Part shown: positions 10,315 through 21,372 of the stretch, in pieces
How the letters are laid out: every line of letters starts with the position of its first letter
Numbering within the stretch: position 1 is the stretch's first letter
Assembly: GCA_965205675.1 (NCBI GenBank)
Contig: OZ242186.1
Coordinates: forward strand, 896,001-960,000
Reading direction: 5' to 3'
From: Nitrosopumilus sp.
Lineage (GTDB): Archaea; Thermoproteota; Nitrososphaeria; Nitrososphaerales; Nitrosopumilaceae
Length of the DNA: 64,000 nucleotides
Translations under genes and position numbers: made by a program
The notes under the pieces: model-generated
Seen by the model: only the letters and a program-made list of their open reading frames with translations
Databases searched by the model: none
Told to the model about the DNA's origin: nothing

Positions 10315-10911
10315 TTAATCATAAATCATTAATTTTTTTTCTTCTAGTAATGCGTGTAAATTGTTCACAGAACGATATACATCTGGTTCTTGTTTAGCTC
10401 CTGTACAAACAAGTTTTCCTGATGAGAATAACAAAATGACTGTCTTTGGATCTAACATTCTATGAATGAGTCCTGGAAATTGTTCTGGTTCATACATACT
10501 TCGTGGCAGTGTTCTTGCAGCTTGTTCTAGATGGATTTTTCCACCTAAATTGATGGATGCCACAATATTCTGAATTGTAACTACTGCGTCTTTCTTCACT
10601 TTGATTCCTCCTTTCCGAAGTTTTTGTACTACTGTTTTTACTGCTTTTCTTGCCATTTCTTCGGATTTTGAACCCGTACACACCATTTTACCTGAAGTGA
10701 AAATCAATGTTGCCGTTTTTGGGATCTTTAATCTAAAAACTAGTCCTGGAAATTGATCCGGATGATACTCTACATCTGGAAATGTCTTGGTAATTTCATT
10801 CAAATCCATCTTCTGCATTACATCCGCAGAGGCTACAACATTTTCTACACTTACGATGGGTTTTGTTTGTGCCATTTTGGCTTTTTCTGTATTTGAACTA
10901 TATAAAAGCAC
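10315..10911 (-). CDS. tbp: TATA-box binding protein
   Basis: Two repeats NVVAS..YHPDQFPGL..IFTSGKMVCTG and NIVAS..YEPEQFPGL..LFSSGKLVCTG. Confidence 0.97.
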   Translation of the reverse strand: MLLYSSNTEKAKMAQTKPIVSVENVVASADVMQKMDLNEITKTFPDVEYHPDQFPGLVFRLKIPKTATLIFTSGKMVCTGSKSEEMARKAVKTVVQKLRKGGIKVKKDAVVTIQNIVASINLGGKIHLEQAARTLPRSMYEPEQFPGLIHRMLDPKTVILLFSSGKLVCTGAKQEPDVYRSVNNLHALLEEKKLMIYD

Positions 10912-11009
10912 TCGCTATAATTTAGTCTCAAAAACATTCCTTTTTTGACTCGATATGGGTTTTTTTCTTTGAAATTAAGACGAATGTTTTAATTTAGTTC
11001 TAAAAAATC

Positions 11010-12140
11010 TTGATTCTAGTGAATTTTACAAATTTTGATTTTGATCAATTATTTTCGATGAATGATGATTCGAATCCTTTAATAATGCTTGTTTGGATTC
11101 TTCCAATAATTCTTTTTGTATTTTATGGACAACAAATTCAGTTACTTGTCACTTCTCGAGAAATTAAAAAAGGAATTAAAAAATTAGATGGTTTCAGAAA
11201 AGAATCTAAAACTGAATTGCTTAATTATGTAAACAGTAATTTAAACGTAGAAAATGTTCCCCTAAAAAAAATTGATAAATTTTTAGATTATTTTACAATA
11301 TTGCCTGTGGATATGGATCCTAATGGAATAGTTGATAAAGTTCATCATACTATACGGTCTAGAGAAGACTATACTCGAGAACATGTAAAATCTCTTTATC
11401 CAGAAATGACTAGCGTTGAATTAACCAAAGTTCAAACTTTACTTGAGATTGCATCCTCTTTGCAAATGATTTATAAAATAATTAATCACATGTTCTTAAC
11501 TGCTAAAAAACAAAATAACTATCCGTTGATCTTGCCTCTACAAATGATTCTTCCATTCATCATGGAGCAAGCAGAAGCCATGAAAGAAGCAATCCCTGCA
11601 TTCAAGGCCAGTCAACCCGTTGGTGATGGCATTGGACCTATGATTGTGGGAAAAATGATGTTAGATCACAAAAAAAACACCGTTGCATTTCAAACATCTC
11701 TTGCAAAAACTGATTTTAAAAACAGAAAATTATTTTTATTAAAAGCTGAAGGTCCTGGTTCTACTGTTGGAAGGCCTGCTGATGGATTAGAAAAAATTGT
11801 TGGTGAGAATAAGATTGATGTAATAATCATGATTGATGCTGCGTTGAAAATGGAGGGTGAGAATTCTGCATCTATTGCACAAGGATTTGGTGCTGCTATT
11901 GGTGGAATTGGTACTGAACGATTCTATATTGAAGCTATAGCAACTGCTAAAGATATTCCGATATTTTCTATTGTGATAAAACAATCTGTTAAAGAAGCAA
12001 TAACTCTGATGACTAAAGATATTGCTGATACTGCAGAAATTGTACGTACTCAAATATTTGATATGATTCATGAAAATACTAAATCTGGACAATCTGTGGT
12101 GATAATAGGTGTAGGTAATACTTCGGGAGTGCCCCAATGA
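11010..12140 (+). CDS. DUF1512-like archaeal protein
   Basis: PVGDGIGP, KAEGPGSTVG, IDAALKMEGE, GVGNTSGV. Confidence 0.7.
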   Translation: MILVNFTNFDFDQLFSMNDDSNPLIMLVWILPIILFVFYGQQIQLLVTSREIKKGIKKLDGFRKESKTELLNYVNSNLNVENVPLKKIDKFLDYFTILPVDMDPNGIVDKVHHTIRSREDYTREHVKSLYPEMTSVELTKVQTLLEIASSLQMIYKIINHMFLTAKKQNNYPLILPLQMILPFIMEQAEAMKEAIPAFKASQPVGDGIGPMIVGKMMLDHKKNTVAFQTSLAKTDFKNRKLFLLKAEGPGSTVGRPADGLEKIVGENKIDVIIMIDAALKMEGENSASIAQGFGAAIGGIGTERFYIEAIATAKDIPIFSIVIKQSVKEAITLMTKDIADTAEIVRTQIFDMIHENTKSGQSVVIIGVGNTSGVPQ

Positions 12141-12319
12141 TCTTCTCAAAGAAAAAAATTACTACTGAATACACTGTAGAACAATGCACAAAATGTGGAA
12201 CTTTAACTAAGCGTAAATTTGATTCTGCTGATATTTTATTTGCAGAATTATCAAAATGTAATTCATGTGATGGCAGAAACCGAATTGAGAAAATTTTTGG
12301 TGAAACGCTTGAACAATAA
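12137..12319 (+). CDS. Small zinc-ribbon protein
   Basis: CTKC...CNSC; overlaps the upstream stop (ATGA). Confidence 0.75.
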   Translation: MIFSKKKITTEYTVEQCTKCGTLTKRKFDSADILFAELSKCNSCDGRNRIEKIFGETLEQ

Positions 12320-12327
12320 ATTCTAAG

Positions 12328-12441
12328 TTATTTTGTTTTATATTTCACATTGCATGAAGGACAAAACCATGTTGCTGCTTCTCCTTGTTCTCTAAACATA
12401 AATCCTCCACATTTTGGACATGGTGCTACTTCGTCACTCAT
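12328..12441 (-). CDS. 37-aa zinc-ribbon microprotein
   Basis: MSDEVAPCPKCGGFMFREQGEAATWFCPSCNVKYKTK, directly downstream of map. Confidence 0.7.
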   Translation of the reverse strand: MSDEVAPCPKCGGFMFREQGEAATWFCPSCNVKYKTK

Positions 12442-12457
12442 GTATTTTCATATTGTT

Positions 12458-13366
12458 TTATTCTGCTCTAGTTGTTACTGTAACTCCGTTTTCATTTGGA
12501 ATGAATGTGTGTTCTGCTTGAGCCACTCTTTGTTCATTAACTTCAACTAATACTGGGTATGCCTGAACTGTTTTTTTCTTTATCAGAAAATCTAATAGTT
12601 CCCTTGCCTCTTTCTCTTCCCATTCTTTTGTAATCCATCTTAATGCAAATGGCAACATATTGCAATTCTCCCATATGAAATCAAGTAGATTATTGGCTTT
12701 ATCGTTTTTTGTTTTCTTTCTTGAATTTAATGCAAAAATATTTTTTATTTTCCCATTTCTCACAAATCCTCCCCCTTGCTCTGTTGTCACAAACGGCTCA
12801 CATGCATAGGCAGAATTTTCTGAAAGTGAAAAACCCCCAATTGACCAAATATTTGGAATTGATTTTCCTGCATGAATTGTATATTGATCTAATGAGTGAC
12901 CACTGAGATTTGCAATTGGTCTGAATCCCATCTTCTTAATTGTTGTTTCAATGGTTCTTCCAATGTCGCTTGCTTTGACCCCTGTTTTTATCATTGACAT
13001 TGCGCTTCCCAATGCTTCTTCTGCGGCTTGTACTAGTCCATCAAATTGTGCATCATAACAAACAGTGACGGCTGTATCTGCAATATATCCCTCAATTTGT
13101 GCACCCAGATCAATTTTTACTAAATCTGTATCTTTGATTGTAATCGGATCATTTGGCTCTGCTGTATAGTGAGCTGCAATTTCATTTATGCTGGCATTTA
13201 CTGGAAATGCACACTTTGCACCTCTCTTTTTAATTTCATTTTCAACTTCTTCACAAATCTCAAAAACTGTTTTACCTATCCAGTTTTTCCCTCTTACCAT
13301 TTCTCTTACTTCTGCTGCAATTTTACCTGCTTTGATGTATTGTTCTGGTTGCATGATTTTGTTCAT
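12458..13366 (-). CDS. map: Methionine aminopeptidase type II
   Basis: AFPVN, AAHYT, KIDLG, IADTA, NLSGH, AQAEHT. Confidence 0.95.
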   Translation of the reverse strand: MNKIMQPEQYIKAGKIAAEVREMVRGKNWIGKTVFEICEEVENEIKKRGAKCAFPVNASINEIAAHYTAEPNDPITIKDTDLVKIDLGAQIEGYIADTAVTVCYDAQFDGLVQAAEEALGSAMSMIKTGVKASDIGRTIETTIKKMGFRPIANLSGHSLDQYTIHAGKSIPNIWSIGGFSLSENSAYACEPFVTTEQGGGFVRNGKIKNIFALNSRKKTKNDKANNLLDFIWENCNMLPFALRWITKEWEEKEARELLDFLIKKKTVQAYPVLVEVNEQRVAQAEHTFIPNENGVTVTTRAE

Positions 13367-14440
13367 TATTTTACCCTTAAAATGATTGCTTCAATTATTG
13401 CTCTGTGAATTATTTGATTATCTCCGGAAAACTAGTTCTCTTTAATGAATCATTTTGTATCCGTATCTTCAATCCTTTTGAGAATGTTTTATCTCTTAGT
13501 TTTTAATGCAATACTAGATTTTTAAACCCCTTTGAGGTTTTGATGATTCTAATCCTACTATTATTGAATTTATTAAATGAAATATGGTCTAAATAACGAC
13601 AATGGAAATAATGATGAAATTACATCCCTTACCCAAGTAGGAAAAACATTATCTCCGATAGAAAAAAAGCACAAAGAATAACTACAAAATAATTAAAAAA
13701 CAAAAAAATCATTAGGTTCCACCTTAGAAAAATATACAATCATTAGAAATGATTATTAGAAATGATTATTAAAAATAGATATTAGAATAAAACATTTGTA
13801 CTCTTTAGATAGAATTGGTTTTTATCTTTAAAAACTATTCAAACCTTTCAACTTTTTTTTCAAATCTACTATGTGATTATGTTCATTTATGATAATGTTA
13901 TTTGTCTAGTACAATTATATATTTAGATGTGACTTGATACCAACCCTAGTTGCTGTAAGTGATCTTCTTGCAACAAATGAATTCTATGATGTGACATATC
14001 TCAATTTTTAAACATAAATTATCATCCAAACTTTTGATTCAAAAATAAATCTATACAGAAAAAAAGTACAAGTTCGTCTTCTTTGTATTGATTTTATTGC
14101 TGATCATTTTGCTGTTGCTGTATGTTATCTGGAAAGTCATGATTTACAATCAATTTTACAATTGGCAGATATCCACTTTGATTATCTGGATTGAGAGTAT
14201 GTGGCATAAATCTGCAGAAAGTGGCAAAGTCTATTTTAGTAGAATTCACATCATTACACGAGACGCACACACATACAAATGACTATTTCTTAGTTGAAAT
14301 TAACTTTCACACAACTCTTGTTTTTTCATTTTTCTCTTTATTCGAATTTTATTTTTAATGCCATATTTGTTGAATTTTTAATATTTTTTGTTTCTGATTG
14401 ATTATGTGACTCTTAAATTGGATAATTTTATTGGTTTGTT

Positions 14441-14524
14441 GGGATTGTGGTCTAGCTTTGTATGATTCTGCGTTTGGGGTGCACTGGCGGAAATCCAAAT
14501 TTTCCCAAACCTCCCCCCGCACCA
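14441..14524 (+). pseudogene. tRNA-Pro(UGG)-like sequence with degenerate 3' half
   Basis: 5' half gggattgtggtctagctttgtatgattctgcgtttggg resembles archaeal tRNA-Pro; ends ACCA; T-arm and acceptor pairing are broken. Confidence 0.55.
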
Positions 14525-14558
14525 TTATCTTATTATCGAATCATCTCATAGTATAATT

Positions 14559-14628
14559 GCCGGACGATGAAGAAGAGTTAGAGTAATGACTTTGATATGA
14601 AGTAAACTAATTGGGTCTGAGTTCCGGC
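14559..14628 (+). ncRNA. Box C/D sRNA candidate
   Basis: Terminal stem gccgga/tccggc, C-like box acgatga, D box ctga, internal atga as possible D'. Confidence 0.6.
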
Positions 14629-14653
14629 ATCTTTTTATGAATTATCCTATTTT

Positions 14654-14908
14654 TTGGATTTATTGAAATTCGAAAGACGCGATATTGTGTTAATTGCTGG
14701 GATTTTTCTAGTTGTACTTGGAATCACACAATATGTCCCTTTTCAGTATTCTGTCTTGATTGGAATTGCAATATATTTTGGAATCAAAATGTATGTGACA
14801 AAAAGGCAGCGATCTATTGAAGATGCTGTTGGAGATGGAATATGTATGGAATGTGGTTCTAAAATTATTGGAGGAAAATGCTCAAACTGTGACTATTTTC
14901 AAGGATAA
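14654..14908 (+). CDS. Small membrane protein with C-terminal zinc ribbon
   Basis: Two TM helices, CMEC...CSNC. Confidence 0.7.
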   Translation: MDLLKFERRDIVLIAGIFLVVLGITQYVPFQYSVLIGIAIYFGIKMYVTKRQRSIEDAVGDGICMECGSKIIGGKCSNCDYFQG

Positions 14909-15045
14909 TTCCTACGTGTATCTTAATAGTAAAAAACCCCGTTAATTTTTGATGGTTTTAATATATTGGACTTTAACAACTAGCTCAACTTTTCCTCAAT
15001 TCCATTCTAAAATGAGACTTTTAGTCAATCAAATCAGGAATCAAC

Positions 15046-18000
15046 ATGAATTATAATCTAATACTGATATTTTCTATACTTTTTTCTGTTGGAATTTTAA
15101 TTCCAGCTTATGCTCAAACTAGTGAAAATATTGTAATTAATGAAGTTGACATAAATCCGTCTGGTGATGATTCTGCATCTATATCTGAATGGATTGAACT
15201 TTACAATCCCGCTGATTCTGATGTTGATATTGGTGAGTGGAAAATTGCATCCACTACTGCCCTTAAAAAAACCCTGATTATTCCCTCTGGTACTGTTATT
15301 GAACCTGAGGAATTTCTAGTATTTTCATATCAAAATCTCTGGTTTACTGATACAAATGAGTCTGTAGAGCTATTAGATAGCAATGGCATTGTAATTGATA
15401 AAACTCCTGTCTTCTCTGATCCTGAAAATAGTTTTATTTCTTGGCAACGACTTTATGATGGATATGATTCTGATTCTGATAGTGATTGGAAATTTGTACA
15501 GTCTAGTACTGGTTCAACAAATGGGAAATTAATACAATCCAAAAATTCTGATGAAGTTGGTGTATCTGTATCTACAACCAAATCTTCTTATGTTTTTGGA
15601 GACTCTGCAATAATTAAAGGAAGCATTTCTAAAGAAATTGCTACTGTTCAATCTTATTTCTTACCTGTTCAAATTTTGGTAAATATATCTGGGCCAAATT
15701 TTGACACCGTTGTTCCTTTGTATCCTGATTTAAATTTGAATTATAAAACAACGCTTAGTTTACACCAAATTCTTGGTATCCATGAAGGTAATTATGATGT
15801 CGCTGTAACTTATGGTAATGCAACTGCTAACACAAGCTTCTCAGTAGGCTATGAAACAATTAAACAAGAAACAACACAAGATGCAGAACTAAGTATTGTT
15901 ACTGATAAATCTCAATACATTCCTGGACAGTTAGTTTCAATAACTGGGTTTACATCAGATGTGATCCCATATGAGGGAATGAAATTTACTCTTACTGATT
16001 CAAGCGGCAAATTAACTGCAAACGGCAACCTTTTCCCTACTGACGGTAAATTTTTGACTAGTGTTTTTCTCAATAATATTGATCCTGTTCTTGGTACTTA
16101 TAATATAATTGCTGAATATTCTGAGAAATCTGCTTCAACTAGTTTTGAAGTTGTCGAAGATGTAAAAGAAGATGTTCTCATTTCTCTCTGGACTGACAAA
16201 GCTGCTTATGGTACTGGCGATAAAGTACAAATTACTGGTAGGTTGAACCATGCTTGGGTTAGTGCTCTTGATTTAAAGATTGTACAAACCAAGCAATCAA
16301 CTGCAGGTTCTTCTTTGAATGGAAGTGATACTGGATTTAAAATTCTCGACGGTGTACAAGTTCTGGGTGATGGATTTTTCACTTATAGTTTTACAATCCC
16401 AGATCATATGAATAGGCTTGGTGATTACAGAATTAGCGTCTCTAAAGATATCGGCGCTGCTGATATCATTGTTTATGTAGTTGAAAATCCTGACGAGTTT
16501 GTTGTATCTGACATTCCTTTGACTGTTACATCTGATAAAGCAATCTATGACATTAATGATAAAATAGTTCTAAGTGGATTTGTTAAAGATTCTTTTGGTG
16601 ATTCTAGTTCCCAAAATAACCCTGTTGTAAATATCTCTATTTCTAATGAAGATGGTGCTCCTTTAGAAATTACTGCATTAGCTTCTCGAGATGATAGTGA
16701 TGATGGTAAATCTGTTGATTATGATTTTACAGCTGTTCCTGAAACATCTGGTCGTTATTCTGTACAAATCGATTTATCTCCGAGTATCTTCTCTGTAGGA
16801 ACATATGTGGTAAAATCTCAATATTTGGACGATGTTGCAAGAAGCACTTTCATGATTATTGATCCTCTTGATTTAACTGATGGTGCAATTATCACAACTG
16901 ATAAAGAAGTTTATGGTTTGGGGGAGACTGTTTTCCTTACTGGTGTTGTTCCTCCTACATCTATTCAAGGAATTGACATTTTTGTAACCAAACCTGATGG
17001 CACTGTAACAAAATCTGGAACATCTTTTGATAACCAACGCTTTTCATGGTCCTGGGATACGCCTAAATCTGAATCATCTCAGCACACTGACTCTGCTAAA
17101 AGATCTGCGCTGAAATCTAATTTTGGCATATACAAAATAACAGTGTATATGGATAGTTTCAGAGAAAATATCTTCTTCAAAGTTTCTGAAGATCCTGAAA
17201 ATGATTTCTTATCTGATGTTCCTCTCTTTATCTCTACTGAAAAATCATTATACAAAGCTGGTGAAAAATTAAAAGTAATTGGAAATGTTATCCAACATGA
17301 TCAAGGTGATGAAGGTCTACGAGTTCCTCCACGTGTAACTATTCAAATCTCTGATGATACTTTACCATTTAAACACATTCATGAATCTAGTGTTTATCCT
17401 ACCCAAGGTGGTGGTTTTACCGGTCTTTTTGAATTACCTGCCACCATCTTTTCTGAGGGATCATATACTGTAAAAGCGTCTTATCTTGGTGCCTCTGATG
17501 ATGTTTCTTTTAGTATTGTAAATGATTTTGCTTTTGGCGGTGATGACGATCTTGCTCTTTTGTTATCTACTGATAAATCTGAATATTATCCTGGTGATGT
17601 TGTACTGATTACTGGAAAACCAAACAAGTTAATTTATCTTAACGGATTTGATGTAAGTGTTACGCAAAAATCTGATGATGAGATAACATGTGGTTCTTTT
17701 GTTTGTGGTGTTCATGACAGTCCTTCAACATTTATTCGCCCAAGCTCTTCGGGTTCTTTTACACATCAATTTGCGATTCCTGATACCTCTTCTGCTGTAG
17801 GAACTTACAAAATAACAGTCGATGCTGATTTTGAGAAAAAATCCATTGAATTTAATGTAGTTGAAAAGCCACAACCTCTAAAACCTGGCACTATAGTTGA
17901 AAAAGTAAATAGGATTTCTGAATCTGCCATCCTTGTTGCTACTGGAGAAAAAATAATTGATGATATGCCTGTCATACCTCGAGTACTTTCTGGCTCTCTA

Positions 18001-18321
18001 TTAACTCCTGATCGTGGAGATGAATCTGATGTCAATCTCAAAGTTTTATCTGATTCTGGAATTTGTATTATTGGTCCTGATGATGATTGTTTAGTTAAAG
18101 AATCTACTAGAAAGCGTGGTCAAATCTATGACGTTGTTAATGTAGATGGAATTAATTTCAATGTTAGATATAGTGGGCCTGATGTACGTTTAGAAAAATT
18201 CAGTATTCTACCTGAATCTTTAGAATCTTTCTTGCCTGATGTATATTGGGTTGTTAAAGTACTAAAAGATGATCAAGTTTCACAATTTTATTATAAAATA
18301 ACTTACAAAATTTCAGAGTAA
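15046..18321 (+). CDS. Large secreted/surface protein: lamin-tail domain plus repeated Ig-like modules
   Basis: Signal peptide, IVINEV..EWIELYN, repeated TDKxxYxxGxxVxITG units. Confidence 0.8.
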   Translation: MNYNLILIFSILFSVGILIPAYAQTSENIVINEVDINPSGDDSASISEWIELYNPADSDVDIGEWKIASTTALKKTLIIPSGTVIEPEEFLVFSYQNLWFTDTNESVELLDSNGIVIDKTPVFSDPENSFISWQRLYDGYDSDSDSDWKFVQSSTGSTNGKLIQSKNSDEVGVSVSTTKSSYVFGDSAIIKGSISKEIATVQSYFLPVQILVNISGPNFDTVVPLYPDLNLNYKTTLSLHQILGIHEGNYDVAVTYGNATANTSFSVGYETIKQETTQDAELSIVTDKSQYIPGQLVSITGFTSDVIPYEGMKFTLTDSSGKLTANGNLFPTDGKFLTSVFLNNIDPVLGTYNIIAEYSEKSASTSFEVVEDVKEDVLISLWTDKAAYGTGDKVQITGRLNHAWVSALDLKIVQTKQSTAGSSLNGSDTGFKILDGVQVLGDGFFTYSFTIPDHMNRLGDYRISVSKDIGAADIIVYVVENPDEFVVSDIPLTVTSDKAIYDINDKIVLSGFVKDSFGDSSSQNNPVVNISISNEDGAPLEITALASRDDSDDGKSVDYDFTAVPETSGRYSVQIDLSPSIFSVGTYVVKSQYLDDVARSTFMIIDPLDLTDGAIITTDKEVYGLGETVFLTGVVPPTSIQGIDIFVTKPDGTVTKSGTSFDNQRFSWSWDTPKSESSQHTDSAKRSALKSNFGIYKITVYMDSFRENIFFKVSEDPENDFLSDVPLFISTEKSLYKAGEKLKVIGNVIQHDQGDEGLRVPPRVTIQISDDTLPFKHIHESSVYPTQGGGFTGLFELPATIFSEGSYTVKASYLGASDDVSFSIVNDFAFGGDDDLALLLSTDKSEYYPGDVVLITGKPNKLIYLNGFDVSVTQKSDDEITCGSFVCGVHDSPSTFIRPSSSGSFTHQFAIPDTSSAVGTYKITVDADFEKKSIEFNVVEKPQPLKPGTIVEKVNRISESAILVATGEKIIDDMPVIPRVLSGSLLTPDRGDESDVNLKVLSDSGICIIGPDDDCLVKESTRKRGQIYDVVNVDGINFNVRYSGPDVRLEKFSILPESLESFLPDVYWVVKVLKDDQVSQFYYKITYKISE

Positions 18322-18346
18322 ATTCCAAATACTCTGATTATTATCT

Positions 18347-18847
18347 TTGTTTGCAGTGAAATTACAAGTTTTAATGTTTTACCAAGACGATCCTAAAAAA
18401 TGCACAGCTGCTAAAATGATAAAATTTGGACTTGCACAAAACATCAAAAAAATTGGCTCAAATGGGTTGGTATTAGATCCTTTTTCTGAAAAAACTTTGT
18501 TACCTAAAGATAAATCTGTGATTCGTTCTATAATTGGTATTGATTGTTCTTGGAATCTTGCAGATCAGGCATTTTCTAAAAATTTTGCTGGAATTAAAAG
18601 AAAACTCCCTCCTTTACTTGCAGGTAACCCTGTGAATTATTCTAAATTAAATAAATTAACTACTGTTGAAGCACTGGCTGCATCCTTGTTTATTCTTGGT
18701 TGTGGGAATCAAGCTTTAAAATTACTTGACAAATTCAAATGGGGTCATACTTTTTATGATCTTAATGAAAATCTAATCCGAGAATATTCGAAGCTAGAAG
18801 ATGAGTCTCAAATTGAATTAATTTTAAAAGATTATAGACTGGGTTGA
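18347..18847 (+). CDS. tsr3: 16S rRNA aminocarboxypropyltransferase (DUF367/Tsr3)
   Basis: DPKKCTA, IDCSW, LPPLLAGNPVNY, KFKWGHTF. Confidence 0.9.
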   Translation: MFAVKLQVLMFYQDDPKKCTAAKMIKFGLAQNIKKIGSNGLVLDPFSEKTLLPKDKSVIRSIIGIDCSWNLADQAFSKNFAGIKRKLPPLLAGNPVNYSKLNKLTTVEALAASLFILGCGNQALKLLDKFKWGHTFYDLNENLIREYSKLEDESQIELILKDYRLG

Positions 18848-21297
18848 TCTCTTTTTTTCAGATATATTATAATTCCAATAATGATAGCTATTGGAACTAT
18901 GAGTAATTCGTACTCTTGATTATTTTCTGAAAATTTGATATTTTCATATGTATTTTTTGGTAATTCTAATTGATTCTCTGTTACAATGAAACTTGACTCA
19001 TAAAAATCTGGTTTCAACACTGAATTTGACACTGCAAATATTTTGATGCTATTTGCTCCTGCCTCTAGTTCTTCTGTATGCTTAGAGTCTATGTTAATTA
19101 CATTGTTATTATCCTTAATGTCTAGTTTGTCTGAAATTATTTTCTCCCCTTGACTATTTGTTAAAAAATACAATATTGAGTCTGTATTCTTTGTTTCAAT
19201 TTCTATTGTAATTATATTTCCTCTTTGTATGATGTCATCTATCTTGATCTTTGTAATTAATGGAAATTTTGTGTTTTCAAATCCTGACCATTCTCCTTTT
19301 TTAAATGGATATGATTTATCTTCAAATGAATTAATCCTGATTGTTCTTGATTCTGGGGAATATTCTTCTAGATAAAATGGGCCATTGCTAATTATTGCAT
19401 GATTCTTTGCATCAATCCATTTTATTGATGCATCATATCTATTTTGATAATATTCTATGTTATCTTCATTTTCTTCTAGTGGCTTTGGAATGTGATTAAT
19501 ATTTTTGAATTCATGTAAATATTCTTTGATAATCTTTGCATCATTTGGAATAATCAATGATAACCAGTTGACATTTTTACTTACTGCCCCTGATCTTGAA
19601 AATGATACTTTTCCATCTATTACTGATTTTTCCATAGCTGCTGTAATTTCCCATGGCATTGGAGTTGTTATACTTGCCCAATCTGCAATTTCCCCCTCAT
19701 CAAAATGCCAATAGTCTACATATACTTCAACGGTGTCTTCGTCAATTGGCTTTATTCCTTTAATTGTTTGAATGCTTTGCGCTGCACGTGGTGTGAATTC
19801 TGTATCAAAAGTTTTATCATTCTCATCTTCTTGTGTTCCCCACTCTATTGTAAAGTATAATGCATACATGATGTCATTCATATCCATCTTTTCTCCGTTG
19901 TGCCAATTACTGAGTTTTACATCAAATGTTACTTTACTGGTGGCAAATGTACCTGCTTTGATCTTTTCCCATTTTTGTAATGTTGGGTCCCAAATTTTTG
20001 CATCTTGAGGAATTGCTAATTTGTTATTTGGTCCTGCTGTATCTACTTGCCAATCTGCCCTAATTGGGATGGTCTCGCCTGTAAATGGATGTTTGAATGT
20101 TGGAGGATCTGAAATTGTATTCCAAATTTGTACGCTGTAACTATCTGTCATCCCCATTACTGGATTCCATGCTCCTTGATAGATCTGCTTTACTCCAATC
20201 ACTAATTCCTCATGATCACTTTTTGCATTTATTGGTGTGAACCTGCTTGGAACCCCTGCCCCAAAATCATTTACCACTCCGTTGATTTTTTCATTTACTA
20301 CATATTGATCAATTTTGTTTGCAAGAAAGATTCTAACTGACTCATTGATTCCTTCTACTACTGCTTCTTGAATTAGCTCTACTCTTTGTTCGGATGTCTC
20401 AAAATCACTTGTGTATATCTTTTGAGTAATTGTATCTAATTTTTCATTTTCATAATTCCAATATGCTGGATCATTAAACCCTGGCATGTTTGAAAACCAA
20501 GGTGAATACATGTGTCCTAGCCCTGTAGAATCATATTTTACAAATGCCGAACGTTGCCATGCTTCTGTATATAAATTCCATTTCACATCTGATGGATCTG
20601 AACCATAAACTATGACAAATGCTTTATTCAAATCACCAAAATCTTTTTTGACTGTAAATCCTATTTTTTCTAGTTCTGTTCCTAGTATCTCCCCTATCGA
20701 TTTTCTTATAGGATCATCACTTCTGATAAAAATTGTAATTTCTATTGGTTTTTCTTTGATGTGCCATCTCCCTTCTTTTTTAATTGCTCCTTTTTCTATT
20801 AGTGAGTTAGAAATAATTTCTTTTGCTAACGTTGGATTGTATTTGAAATTAAACGTCTCTAATTGTTCAATTATTGTAAGGAATTCTGGACTTGTTGTGC
20901 CATAATATGAAATACTTGCAAATCCATATCCTCCCATTAACTCATTTACTATCAAATTCCTGTCTACTAGATAATTTAAGGCAAATCTGATATTCTTGTC
21001 TGAAAAAGGATTGAATTCTTCTGATTCTGCAGGGTTTACTAGTATGCTATAAAATCTGCTTGTTGCATCAAATACTTGCAATCCTTCTCGGTCTTGATGA
21101 TCTTCTAACCTTTCTGCAGAGATCGTATCATAATATATGTCTAGATTGCCGTTTCTTACTTCTTCTAATGCTGTATTCTCATCAAGATATTGAATAAATT
21201 TAACTGAATCAAAAAATGTGTTCTTTTCTGCAAATGAATCATAAAATCCTATCGATGTTACTAAAACAGCTAGTATGATAACTAGCATTTTTTTCAT
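18832..21297 (-). CDS. ABC transporter substrate-binding protein (family 5)
   Basis: NPFSDKNIRFALNYLVDR, ISNGPFYL, signal peptide and C-terminal anchor. Confidence 0.85.
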   Translation of the reverse strand: MKKMLVIILAVLVTSIGFYDSFAEKNTFFDSVKFIQYLDENTALEEVRNGNLDIYYDTISAERLEDHQDREGLQVFDATSRFYSILVNPAESEEFNPFSDKNIRFALNYLVDRNLIVNELMGGYGFASISYYGTTSPEFLTIIEQLETFNFKYNPTLAKEIISNSLIEKGAIKKEGRWHIKEKPIEITIFIRSDDPIRKSIGEILGTELEKIGFTVKKDFGDLNKAFVIVYGSDPSDVKWNLYTEAWQRSAFVKYDSTGLGHMYSPWFSNMPGFNDPAYWNYENEKLDTITQKIYTSDFETSEQRVELIQEAVVEGINESVRIFLANKIDQYVVNEKINGVVNDFGAGVPSRFTPINAKSDHEELVIGVKQIYQGAWNPVMGMTDSYSVQIWNTISDPPTFKHPFTGETIPIRADWQVDTAGPNNKLAIPQDAKIWDPTLQKWEKIKAGTFATSKVTFDVKLSNWHNGEKMDMNDIMYALYFTIEWGTQEDENDKTFDTEFTPRAAQSIQTIKGIKPIDEDTVEVYVDYWHFDEGEIADWASITTPMPWEITAAMEKSVIDGKVSFSRSGAVSKNVNWLSLIIPNDAKIIKEYLHEFKNINHIPKPLEENEDNIEYYQNRYDASIKWIDAKNHAIISNGPFYLEEYSPESRTIRINSFEDKSYPFKKGEWSGFENTKFPLITKIKIDDIIQRGNIITIEIETKNTDSILYFLTNSQGEKIISDKLDIKDNNNVINIDSKHTEELEAGANSIKIFAVSNSVLKPDFYESSFIVTENQLELPKNTYENIKFSENNQEYELLIVPIAIIIGIIIYLKKRDQPSL

Positions 21298-21372
21298 ATT
21301 CTTTCTTTTAAAACCATGTACTAAAACCTATGTTATAACTTCTGTATTGCATTTCTTAAAACCTATATTTCC

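Noticed and set aside
13742-13770. 14-bp tandem repeat attagaaatgatt(a)
   Set aside because: Two copies in AT-rich decayed DNA; no functional evidence.
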